A DNA stretch of 64,000 nucleotides from an uncultured Acidobacteriota bacterium (GTDB taxonomy: Bacteria > Acidobacteriota > UBA6911 > RPQK01 > JAPXNP01): positions 160,001 through 224,000 of the forward strand of contig CAVZRV010000028.1 in assembly GCA_963777605.1 (NCBI GenBank). Direction: 5' to 3'. The first letter of the stretch is position 1. The number at the start of each line of letters is the position of its first letter. Shown here one piece after another: positions 10,740 to 20,137 of the stretch. The notes below the pieces were generated by a model that did not search any database, had not been told where the DNA came from, and worked only from the letters and a program-made list of their open reading frames with translations. Made by a program: the position numbers and the translations under genes.

Positions 10740-12289
10740 GAAAGCTCCTTTCCGTGGACAAAATAGTCGGCCGGTCGTGCAAACCGGTAAGAGGGATGCG
10801 GCGCCCGCGCCGGCGGCGAGTCGGGAGCTTGCCGCCACAGGCCTTCTTCCAGGATCGTCCGCAGGCTGCGGTAGCGGAAGTTGCCGAAGCGCAGGGCCCG
10901 TCGACAGGCGCCATCGAGGGCCTCGGCTCCGTATTGCTCTCCCAGGCGGAGCACCCCCTGGGCCTTGCGGAGGTTGCGCATGGCGTGATCGGTGAGGATC
11001 CGGCGCATGTATTGCCCCACGTGCGGCCCCCATTCGTCCGCCCGGCGCCGGCAGTAGGCCGGCGTCTGTTCCAGATAGGCCAGTTTGTCGGGAGGATAAT
11101 CCTGCGGATCCGTTCTCCAGGTGCCCGCCCCGGCCGCCCGCAGGTGGGTCTTGAGGAGCTGGTGATCCCGGTAGACCCGCACCAGCTTCTGATCCGCCCG
11201 CACCCAGACCTGCTCTCCCCGAAAGCGATACGGCACCGAGTAGTAGGACTTCTCGAACACCAGGTGGCAGTCGGGATGGATCTTCGCCGGCTGCCAGGTC
11301 GCCAACTCAAAGGGTTCCCGGGGCAGCGGCAGCAGTTGGGCTTGTTCTTCCTCCAGGAACACCTCGTAAGGGGGACGATGGGTGGTTCCATGAGGGCGGC
11401 GGCCGATCTCCTCGCAACACCATACCAGCGCCCGCTCGTTGGCTTCCTCAATCGTCCGGTAATTGCGCCCGGCCAGCAGCTGCTGGCGGACGACCGGCAC
11501 TTGTCTCTCGACCTTCCCTTTGTGCTGCGCCATCGCCACCTTGGCCGGATCGGCCACGAAGCCGAAATGGCGTTCGAGCTCCGCATACGACCGGTTCAGG
11601 GTGGGATCGTACAGATCCGGCTTGAGGACGCCGCTTTTCAGGTTGTCGAGCACGACGGTCCGCACGCAACCCTGAAAGAAACGGAAGGCTCGCAGATGGC
11701 AGTCGATCCAGGTGGCGCTGTCCTGGCGGAAGACGAAGCGCACGAAACGATGCCGGCTGTAGCTCAGCACCATGATGAAGGCCCAGGCTCGACGAGGTTG
11801 CCCGGTTTGCGGGTCCACCAGCCGGCCGGCATAGCCGAAGTCCACCTGCGCCTGGACGGCCGGCGGGCTGTGCAGCCGGACCGTGACCCGTTTCTGCGCC
11901 GGGCGGAAGTGGCGCGTCACGTAGCGGTACACGCTCATGTAGCTCACCTTGAGCGCATAGTTTTCCTCGAGCAGGCGGCGCACCTGCTGAATGGTCATCT
12001 GAGTCTCTTCGAGCCACTGCTCGATCACGGCGTGATAGCGGCACAGCTGATCCTGAGCCGGCCGCTCGAAGGCAGCGCCTTCGCCGGAACCGACCAGCGC
12101 CGCCAGCGCCTCTTCGGGGGGCAGCGGCTCGTCCCGGCGGATCCCCGCCGCGCTCAGGCGCTCGAGATACTTGCGAATCGTTTTCCGGGCCAGGTGCAGC
12201 GAACGGCTGATCTCTCGAATGCTTCTCCCCCGGTGCCACTGGTAGACCATTTCCAGGTGTTCGTTCATGGCGATGTTCCTTCGCGCCAT
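10736..12289 (-). CDS. istA: IS21 DDE transposase IstA
   Basis: N-terminal HTH, QAQVDFG, VLDNLKSGV, KGKVER, YYSVP; GAGGAG RBS. Confidence 0.95.
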   Translation of the reverse strand: MARRNIAMNEHLEMVYQWHRGRSIREISRSLHLARKTIRKYLERLSAAGIRRDEPLPPEEALAALVGSGEGAAFERPAQDQLCRYHAVIEQWLEETQMTIQQVRRLLEENYALKVSYMSVYRYVTRHFRPAQKRVTVRLHSPPAVQAQVDFGYAGRLVDPQTGQPRRAWAFIMVLSYSRHRFVRFVFRQDSATWIDCHLRAFRFFQGCVRTVVLDNLKSGVLKPDLYDPTLNRSYAELERHFGFVADPAKVAMAQHKGKVERQVPVVRQQLLAGRNYRTIEEANERALVWCCEEIGRRPHGTTHRPPYEVFLEEEQAQLLPLPREPFELATWQPAKIHPDCHLVFEKSYYSVPYRFRGEQVWVRADQKLVRVYRDHQLLKTHLRAAGAGTWRTDPQDYPPDKLAYLEQTPAYCRRRADEWGPHVGQYMRRILTDHAMRNLRKAQGVLRLGEQYGAEALDGACRRALRFGNFRYRSLRTILEEGLWRQAPDSPPARAPHPSYRFARPADYFVHGKELS

Positions 12290-12359
12290 CTCTCCTCCTC
12301 CGGGACTTACAGATCCCGCTCGGAACAGAGACGGTTCTCGCTTCAATCTGTCAAGCGGT

Positions 12360-12461
12360 GGGGGAATTACCTTGGTGAGACCCCGGGGGAATTAGCCTGG
12401 TGAAACCCTGGGGGAATTACCTTGGTGAAACTCCCTTTCGGTGGGGGATATACCATGGTGA
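12360..12461. repeat. Subterminal direct repeats of the IS21 element (GGGGGAATTACCTTGGTGA)
   Basis: Copies at 12360, 12385, 12410 (25-bp period) and 12443 within the IR; two copies 25 bp apart at the other end (9163, and degenerate 9188). Confidence 0.9.
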
Positions 12462-13820
12462 TCGACAGACGGCATTGTCATCACCCCGTCGCACAATCCG
12501 CCCCATGATGGCGGTTTCAAGTACAACCCGCCGAACGGCGGTCCGGCTGAGACCGGCGTCACCGACTGGATCGAGGCAAAAGCGAACGAGATTCTCGAAT
12601 CCGGCCCAAAAAGCGTGAAGCGGGTTCCGTACGAGAGGGCCCGTCACGCCTCGACAACGCATCGGTACGAGTACCTCCGTTCCTACATCAGCGATCTCGG
12701 CAATGTAGTCGACATGGAAGCAATTCGTGGCTCGAAGATCAGCCTCGGGGTTGATCCACTTGGTGGCGCCGGAGTGCATTACTGGGGCCCGATCGCCGAT
12801 CGTTACGGGTTGAACCTGACCGTCGTCAACGAGGCTGTCGATCCGACCTTCCGTTTCATGACGGTCGATTGGGACGGTCAGATCCGGATGGACCCATCGT
12901 CGCCCTTTGCCATGCAGCGATTGATCAGGATCAAGGACCGGTATGACCTTTCCTTTGCCTGCGACACCGACCATGACCGGCACGGAATCGTCACCCGAAG
13001 CGCGGGATTGCTGCCGCCCAACCATTACCTGTCGGTTGCCGTTTTCTATCTCTTCCAACATCGGCCGAAGTGGCGCAAGCAAGCGGCGGTCGGCAAAACG
13101 GTAGTGAGCAGCCAGATGATTGATCGGGTTACCGCGAAGCTTGGCCGGAAGCTCTGCGAGGTGCCGGTCGGCTTTAAGTGGTTTGTGGATGGCTTGTTCG
13201 ACGGTTCGCTTGGCTTCGGCGGTGAGGAGAGCGCGGGTGCATCTTTCATCCGGATGAATGGCAGCGTCTGGACGACCGACAAAGACGGCATCATCTCGGC
13301 TTTGCTGGCGGCGGAGATCACGGCGCGGACGGGCCACGACCCGGGCGAGATCTATCGCGACCTCACGCGCCAGTTCGGTGAGCCTGTGTACGACCGGGTT
13401 GAGGCATCTGCCACCCCGGAGCAGAAAGAGGCGCTGGCGAGACTCTCGCCGGACAAGATTCGACTCACAGCTCTGTCCGGCGAAACGATCGAGTCCGTGA
13501 TTACTCATGCGCCTGGCAATGGCGCTCCCATCGGTGGAATCAAAGTGATTGCCAAGAATGGATGGTTCGCGGCTCGTCCCTCAGGAACCGAAGACATCTA
13601 CAAGATCTACGCCGAAAGCTTCCTTGGAGAGGATCATCTTCACCGCATCCTGGAGGAAGCGCAAGCGATCGTTAACGACGCTATTGTGCCGGCGGCTCCT
13701 TCCATAACAGTTCCCCTGCAAAAAGATGAAAGGAGTTGATCTCATGAAATCCAAGTGCGCGCCTTGGGTAAGGGCAAGCGGTGTGGCTGTCTTGGGGTAA
13801 GAAGAAGGAAGGACAATAAT

Positions 13821-16367
13821 ATGATTAAGCAAAAGCCCGTTGGAAGCCCGATCTACAGCCTTCTGCCCATGGAGGTCGATGGGTTTGATTCTCTGGCGGA
13901 GCTGGCCCTGGATCTGCGCTCGTCCTGGAATCACGCCACCGACGAGGTATGGCGCCAGCTCGATTCCGCGCTGTGGGAGTTCACGAAAAATCCCTGGGTG
14001 GTCCTGCAGACTGTCTCAAAGGACAAAATCAAGAAGGTGCTGGCCGATCCGGCCTTCCGCAAAAACATTGATGCGCTGTTACAAGCCAAGCGGCGGGCGG
14101 CGGACACGCCCGCCTGGTTTCAGCAAAATCATCCGCAGTCTCCCCTGAAATGTGCCGCGTATTTCAGCATGGAATATATGTTGAGCGAAGCGCTGCCCAT
14201 CTACTCAGGCGGGCTGGGTAATGTGGCGGGTGATCAGCTCAAAGCCGCCAGCGATCTGGGGGTTCCGGTAGTCGGCGTAGGTCTGCTTTACCAGCAAGGC
14301 TATTTTCGCCAGGTGATCGACCAGGACGGAGCGCAACAGGCCCTCTTCCCGTATAACGACCCCGGACAGCTGCCGATCACGCCGTTGCGCCAGGCAAACG
14401 GGGAGTGGTTGCGCCTGGAGATCGCCTTGCCCGGTTACTCGGTCTGGCTGCGCGCCTGGCAGGCCCAAGTCGGGAGGGTCAAGCTCTACCTGCTGGACAG
14501 TAATGATGCGGCAAACTTTCCCGCCCATCGAGGGATTACCAGCGAACTGTACGGCGGCGGGCCGGAGTTGCGGCTCAAGCAGGAATTGCTCCTCGGGATC
14601 GGCGGATGGCGGCTGCTGGGTGCGCTCAGCATCCAACCCGAAGTCTGTCATCTGAACGAAGGCCATGCAGCCTTCGCCGTGCTGGAACGTGCCCGATGCT
14701 TCATGGAAGAGACAGGGCAACCCTTCGAGGTGGCCCTGGCCGTTACACGCGCGGGGAACCTCTTCACGACGCACACGGCCGTGGCCGCCGGCTTTGACCG
14801 CTTCGCTCCAGCCCTCATTGAGCAATACCTCAGTGGCTATGCCGAGCAGAAGCTCGGCATACCGCTCCATGACTTGCTGGCTCTGGGCCGCCAGGACCCG
14901 AACGACCCATCAGAGCGCTTCAACATGGCCTATCTGGCAGTCCGTGGGAGCGGGGCGGTCAATGGCGTCAGTCAATTGCACGGAACGGTGAGCCGGCACA
15001 TCCTGGGCCCTCTCTTTCCACGCTGGCCCGAGGAAGAGGTGCCGGTCGGACATGTGACCAACGGAGTTCACATGCCGAGCTGGGACTCGGCGGCGGCCGA
15101 CGATCTTTGGACGGAGGTCTGTGGCAAGGACCGCTGGCTGGGGACAGCGGGAAATCTGGAGCAGAACATTCGCCGTGTCCCCGACGCCGAACTCTGGCAC
15201 CTGCGCACCGCGGCCACCAGGTCTTTCATTGAATACGTTCGCGAACGTTTATCGAGACAACTGGCCGCCTCCGGTACGTCGCGCGATTCGGTTGAAATCG
15301 CAAAGCACCTGTTTGATCCCGACGCATTGACGCTGGGTTTTGCCCGGCGCTTCGCGACCTACAAGAGACCAAACCTGCTGCTGCACGACCCGGATCGCCT
15401 GCTTCGCTTGTTGACCAACCCTGAACGCCCCGTGCAGCTCGTCCTTGCCGGCAAGGCCCATCCGGCAGACCAGGCGGGGCAGGCCTTGATTCAGGAATGG
15501 ACGCGTTTCATCCGGCGGCCGGAGACGCGCCCCCATGTGATTTTCCTCAGTGATTACGACATGCTCTTGACCGAGCAATTGGTTCAGGGGGTGGATGTCT
15601 GGCTCAACACACCGCGGCGGCCCTGGGAGGCGAGCGGAACGAGCGGCATGAAGGTGCTCGTCAATGGCGGCCTCAATTTGTCGGAGTTGGACGGCTGGTG
15701 GGCGGAAGCCTACACGCCTGAAGTGGGCTGGGCGTTGGGGGACGGTCAGGAGCATGGAGACGATCCCGCGTGGGACGCTGCCGAAGCCGAAGCGCTTTAC
15801 GACCTGCTCGAACAGGAAGTAATCCCCGAGTTCTTTGCCCGCGACCAGTACGGCATCCCCACCGCCTGGGTTGCGCGGATGCGCGAAAGCATGGCGCGAT
15901 TGACACCGCGCTTTTCCGCCGACCGAACGGTGCGCCAATACACCGAGCAAAACTACATCCCGGCTGCCGCAACCTACCATGAGCGGGCTGCCGAAAATGG
16001 CGCAATCGGGATGCGGGTAGTGAATTGGCGGCACGCCCTGGAACAGAAATGGGCCGCGCTACGGTTCGGCGAAGTGAAGGTGGAGACTGACGGCGGACAA
16101 AACGTGTTTGAGGTCGAGGTGTATCTCGATGATCTCGATCCAGAGGCAGTGCGGGTTGAGCTCTATGCCGACGGAGTCAGCGACGGCGCTCCCGAGCGGC
16201 AGGAGATGGAGCGCATTGGACAACCGCCGGGCCCGGCCGACGGCAGCACCTATCGCGCGCGGGTGTCTGCAAACCGCCCGGCGACAGACTACACGGTGCG
16301 ACTGATACCGCACCACGGCGGCGCGTCGGTTCCTCTGGAAGCCGCTCACATCCTGTGGCACCAATGA
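13821..16367 (+). CDS. glgP: Alpha-glucan (glycogen/starch) phosphorylase
   Basis: YSGGLG, HLNEGH, FARRFATYKR, EASGTSGMK (PLP lysine). Confidence 0.95.
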   Translation: MIKQKPVGSPIYSLLPMEVDGFDSLAELALDLRSSWNHATDEVWRQLDSALWEFTKNPWVVLQTVSKDKIKKVLADPAFRKNIDALLQAKRRAADTPAWFQQNHPQSPLKCAAYFSMEYMLSEALPIYSGGLGNVAGDQLKAASDLGVPVVGVGLLYQQGYFRQVIDQDGAQQALFPYNDPGQLPITPLRQANGEWLRLEIALPGYSVWLRAWQAQVGRVKLYLLDSNDAANFPAHRGITSELYGGGPELRLKQELLLGIGGWRLLGALSIQPEVCHLNEGHAAFAVLERARCFMEETGQPFEVALAVTRAGNLFTTHTAVAAGFDRFAPALIEQYLSGYAEQKLGIPLHDLLALGRQDPNDPSERFNMAYLAVRGSGAVNGVSQLHGTVSRHILGPLFPRWPEEEVPVGHVTNGVHMPSWDSAAADDLWTEVCGKDRWLGTAGNLEQNIRRVPDAELWHLRTAATRSFIEYVRERLSRQLAASGTSRDSVEIAKHLFDPDALTLGFARRFATYKRPNLLLHDPDRLLRLLTNPERPVQLVLAGKAHPADQAGQALIQEWTRFIRRPETRPHVIFLSDYDMLLTEQLVQGVDVWLNTPRRPWEASGTSGMKVLVNGGLNLSELDGWWAEAYTPEVGWALGDGQEHGDDPAWDAAEAEALYDLLEQEVIPEFFARDQYGIPTAWVARMRESMARLTPRFSADRTVRQYTEQNYIPAAATYHERAAENGAIGMRVVNWRHALEQKWAALRFGEVKVETDGGQNVFEVEVYLDDLDPEAVRVELYADGVSDGAPERQEMERIGQPPGPADGSTYRARVSANRPATDYTVRLIPHHGGASVPLEAAHILWHQ

Positions 16368-16491
16368 TTCAACCTTGGATGGAAGAGGGATGAGACCAAA
16401 CGACCCGATGCGAAAGCCCAAAAAGCATGCTTCACACCAACCGCGAATTTACCCGTGCGAAACTATCCCCACTCGCACTAAGGAGCATCCG

Positions 16492-17289
16492 ATGAGCGAT
16501 AATCTCGGAAATCCCGTACCCGGCGGGCCCGGAATTCCCCGCGCGCTGGACTTCCAGCGCCAAGACCGGCGTGGGCACGGCCCTCAGCAACAAGAGCCGC
16601 GTCTGGTTCACGCTGAGCCACGGTATCTTCAACGAGATCTATTACCCCCGCATTGACCAGGCCTGCACCCGTGACATGGGGTTGATCGTCACGGACGGAG
16701 CGGATTTCTTCTCCGAGGAGAAAGCGATGCCGGACACAAAGTGGAATGGCTGGCCGACGGTGTGCCGGCATTCCGGCTGCTCAATACCTGCAAGGATGGC
16801 CGCTACCGCATCGAAAAGCAGGTTGTGGCCGATCCCCGGCGCGACACGGTTTTGCAGCAGGTCCAGTTTATCGCGCAGCAAGGCGCACTGTCCGATTATC
16901 ACGCGCACGTCCTGCTCGCGCCACACCTTGGAAACAGTGGCGGCGGCAATACCGCCTGGATAGGGGAATTTGAGGGAACGCCACTGCTGTTTGCCCAGCG
17001 GAACGATTGTGCCCTGGCGCTGGCTTGTTCCGCTCCGTGGACAAAGCGATCGGTCGGCTACGTCGGTTCGTCGGACGGCTGGCAAGACTTGAAGGCACAC
17101 GATGCCGGGCTGGGGATTCACATTGCGGATCTCTCGACCAAATCGCTTCCCGAGGGAAGGCAGATCAAATTCACGTTCTACTGGCCGGACGCTGATCATT
17201 GGGAAGGCAAGGACTTCATTGTCCGCGTCGGCTCTTTCCATCGGGATGGAACTGCCTCTGCAAAAAGGAGTGAGAGGGATGAAAAATAA
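16492..17289 (+). pseudogene. Glucan 1,4-alpha-glucosidase (GH15 glucoamylase/glucodextranase type), internally deleted and frameshifted
   Basis: PGGPGI.RWTSSAKTGVGTA, NEIYYPRID, GSSDGWQDL joined directly to C-terminal GLGIHIADL...FTFYWP...WEGKDF; catalytic domain absent; frameshifts near 16540 and 16725. Confidence 0.75.
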
Positions 17290-18652
17290 GGCCAAATCGG
17301 AAGTAAACGGTTTTGTCTATGTCGCTGTCGGGGTCGCCGCTATCGGTGGCCTGCTCTTCGGCTATGATACCGGCGTTGTTTCCGGGGCCATATTGTTCAT
17401 TACAAAACAGTTTTCCCTGTCGGCCACCATGGAGGAAATCGTCGTCAGTTCCGTTTTGGTGGGTGCCGTTGCTGGTGCGACTATCGGAGGTGCTCTGACT
17501 GGCCGCTTTGGGCGGCGCACAATGATAATACTGGCCGGCCTCATCTTTACGGTCAGCGCCCTCGGCACGGCTCTGGCGCCAACGGTTGCGTGGTTGATTG
17601 CTGCCAGGATGGTGAGCGGAATCGGCATCGGCATCGCTTCCTTTATCTCTCCCATGTACATTGCCGAGCTGGTGCCGGCGAGAGTTCGCGGTTCATTAGT
17701 GGCGGTAAACATGCTGGCGATTACCACCGGCATCGTGGTTGCCTACCTGGTGGACTATGCACTGTCCGGCATCGAGGGTTGGCGATATATGTTTGGTTTG
17801 GCGGCGATACCATCTATCGCTCTGGTCATTGGAATGTGGCGGCTACCCGACAGTCCGCGCTGGTTGATCAGCACGTCGAAGGTGGAACAGGCGCGGCGGG
17901 TTTTACAGCGCGTAAGGACTGCATCAGACGTAAGTCCGGAAATCACTGACATCCAGCAAAGCATGGAAAAGCAGGGCCACGGCGGGGTTGCTGGGCTATT
18001 CCAGCTTTCACTTAGGATGCCTATGGTTGTCGGCTTGGGGCTGGCTGTATTTCAGCAGATAACCGGCATTAATACCGTCATCTATTACGCCCCGACCATT
18101 TTCAAGTTTGTCGGCATTAAGGCCGCGGGTCCCGCAATCCTGGCTGGAGCGGGGTTGACCATGGTGATGTGGATTTTTCATGTGCTGGCCATCTTCCTGC
18201 TGGACCGGGTCGGCCGGAGGCCTTTGTTACTGGTCGGAGTGGCTGGCCAGATTATTGGGCTGGCGATTTTGGGCGCGGCTTTCCAGTTCCAACAGTTGGC
18301 GATTTTCAAGAGTTATGTCGCCATCGGCGGACTGGTGATCTACGTCGCGTGTTTCGCCTTTGGGCTCGGGCCGATCTTCTGGCTGTTGATTTCCGAGATC
18401 TATCCACTGAAGGTCCGCGGTGCAGCCATGAGCGCCGTGACGGTCACTAACTGGGTATTGAATCTGGTGGTGGCAGTGACTTTCCTGACCCTGGTCGGGG
18501 TTCTTGGGCACGCTGGAACTTTCTGGTTATACGGTGTCATCGCGATCGGTGCCTGGGTCTTCTTTTATCTGCTGGTGCCGGAAACCAAGGGCAAAACGCT
18601 CGAACAGATTGAAGAGCACTGGCGGTCGGGAAAGCATCCACGGGCATTATGA
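17279..18652 (+). CDS. Sugar porter family MFS transporter
   Basis: LFGYDTG, RFGRR, PDSPRW, QQITGIN, PETKG. Confidence 0.95.
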   Translation: MKNKAKSEVNGFVYVAVGVAAIGGLLFGYDTGVVSGAILFITKQFSLSATMEEIVVSSVLVGAVAGATIGGALTGRFGRRTMIILAGLIFTVSALGTALAPTVAWLIAARMVSGIGIGIASFISPMYIAELVPARVRGSLVAVNMLAITTGIVVAYLVDYALSGIEGWRYMFGLAAIPSIALVIGMWRLPDSPRWLISTSKVEQARRVLQRVRTASDVSPEITDIQQSMEKQGHGGVAGLFQLSLRMPMVVGLGLAVFQQITGINTVIYYAPTIFKFVGIKAAGPAILAGAGLTMVMWIFHVLAIFLLDRVGRRPLLLVGVAGQIIGLAILGAAFQFQQLAIFKSYVAIGGLVIYVACFAFGLGPIFWLLISEIYPLKVRGAAMSAVTVTNWVLNLVVAVTFLTLVGVLGHAGTFWLYGVIAIGAWVFFYLLVPETKGKTLEQIEEHWRSGKHPRAL

Positions 18653-18671
18653 CAGCAAGAAGGAGAGTCCC

Positions 18672-20120
18672 ATGAAGCAGGTCCAATTTAGCTGCCGCCT
18701 GGCGGACAAGTCGGCGGCGTTACCGCATTTTTGGGAGCATACCGTTGGCAGTGGGCATGCCCCCTTGGCGCTCCGTGCAGACTGGCAGCAGCAGTTGCGG
18801 GAGTGCCATGAGCAACTTGGCTTTCATCATACTCGCTTTCACGGATTGCTGTCCGATGAAATGGGGACGCTTATGGACGAGCGCGATCAGTTGCTCTACT
18901 CATTCTTCAACGCCGATCAAATCTGCGATTTCCTCCTGTCGATCGGGATGAAACCGTTCGTCGAACTGAGTTTCATGCCGTGGGCAATTTCTACCCGCAG
19001 CAAGACTGTGTTCCATTATGGCGCCAACGTGACGCCGCCCAAAGATTACGCCCAGTGGGCAAAGTTGATCTGCAAGCTGGCAACGCATTGGGTCGAGCGC
19101 TTCGGCATCGACGAAGTCAGCACATGGTTCTTCGAAGTGTGGAACGAACCCAACCTCAAGGCATTCTGGACAGGCGCGCAAGCCGAATATTTCAAGCTCT
19201 ATCGCTTCACCGCGCAGGCGATTAAAGAGGTGGATGACCGACTGCAGGTAGGCGGGCCCGCAACCGCGAATAACGAATGGATCACGGAGTTTTTGGATTT
19301 CTGCGAGAAGAACAACGTGCCAGCGGATTTTGTCAGCACGCACCATTACCCCACCGACGCGCTCGGTACCATTGGCGAGGATACCGAGACGCAGCTTGCC
19401 CACAGCCAGCGGAGCATTCTGCGCGAATGGGCGCAAGCAACACACCGCAAGGCACGCGGAAAGCCGCTTTACTACACGGAATGGAACTCGTCCTCGAATC
19501 CGCGTGACCACCTGCACGATGAGCCCTACACAGCGGCGGTCATCGTCAAGACCATGATGGAAGCCAGAGGGCTCGTGCAAGGCTACAGCTTCTGGTCGTT
19601 TACTGACATTTTCGAGGAAAACTACATGCCCGCGACCGCGTTCCAGGGCGGATTCGGTCTGCTCTCGCTGCAGGGGGTCGCCAAACCGTCTTACCGTGCC
19701 TTCGAGCTGTTGCACCGCCTCGGCGTCGATGAATTACCCGTAGACGGGGTGCACGAAACGGTGGATGTGTGGGTCGTGCGCGGTCGCGACGACGTTACGG
19801 TTCTGCTGACGAACCATGCACTGCCACGGCATCCGATTGAGAGCGAGTCTGTTCATGTCCACCTGACAGGCCTTCTGTCGCCGCGCAATGTCTTCATTGA
19901 GCGCATCGATGACGATCACGCAAATGCGAAGCGCCTCTGGATTGAAATGGGTAAACCTGCGCTTCCCACGCCGCGCGAAGTCGAACAGTTGAAAGTGGCA
20001 TCGCAAATCGTGCGCGAGCCGCTGCACTGGAAGTACGAAGCTGGCGCGCTCCACATGGATATTGCGATGCCACCGCAGGCAATCGCTGCCATCACGGTGG
20101 AACTGGCACCGAAGCCATAG
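18672..20120 (+). CDS. GH39 beta-xylosidase-like glycoside hydrolase
   Basis: RFHGLL, PFVELSFMP, FEVWNEPN (acid/base), YYTEWN (nucleophile), DIFEE. Confidence 0.9.
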   Translation: MKQVQFSCRLADKSAALPHFWEHTVGSGHAPLALRADWQQQLRECHEQLGFHHTRFHGLLSDEMGTLMDERDQLLYSFFNADQICDFLLSIGMKPFVELSFMPWAISTRSKTVFHYGANVTPPKDYAQWAKLICKLATHWVERFGIDEVSTWFFEVWNEPNLKAFWTGAQAEYFKLYRFTAQAIKEVDDRLQVGGPATANNEWITEFLDFCEKNNVPADFVSTHHYPTDALGTIGEDTETQLAHSQRSILREWAQATHRKARGKPLYYTEWNSSSNPRDHLHDEPYTAAVIVKTMMEARGLVQGYSFWSFTDIFEENYMPATAFQGGFGLLSLQGVAKPSYRAFELLHRLGVDELPVDGVHETVDVWVVRGRDDVTVLLTNHALPRHPIESESVHVHLTGLLSPRNVFIERIDDDHANAKRLWIEMGKPALPTPREVEQLKVASQIVREPLHWKYEAGALHMDIAMPPQAIAAITVELAPKP

Positions 20121-20137
20121 AGCGGAGACTCTCAGTC

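Larger units (their letters stand above)
9157..12467 (-). mobile_element. IS21-family element, 3,311 bp, three ORFs
   Basis: TG...CA ends; 28-bp imperfect IRs (TGTCAATCACCAAGGTAATTCCCCCACC / TGTCGATCACCATGGTATATCCCCCACC); 5-bp target duplication GACGG at 9152-9156 and 12468-12472; istA and istB. Confidence 0.95.
8711..13739 (+). pseudogene. pgm: Phosphoglucomutase interrupted by an IS21-family element (5' part 8711-9156, 3' part 12473-13739)
   Basis: FGTSGHRG before the insertion; in-frame [31 protein letters not shown] after it. Confidence 0.95.

Noticed and set aside
10754-12403. 549-aa plus-strand ORF and other long antisense ORFs (e.g. 12417-13508, 23823-25157, 42625-43668)
   Set aside because: Shadow ORFs opposite well-supported genes in GC-rich DNA, with no recognisable motifs
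12360-12461. Short regularly spaced repeats as a CRISPR array
   Set aside because: Spacers are only 6-14 bp, the repeats match the IS inverted repeat, and there are no cas genes; they are IS21 end repeats
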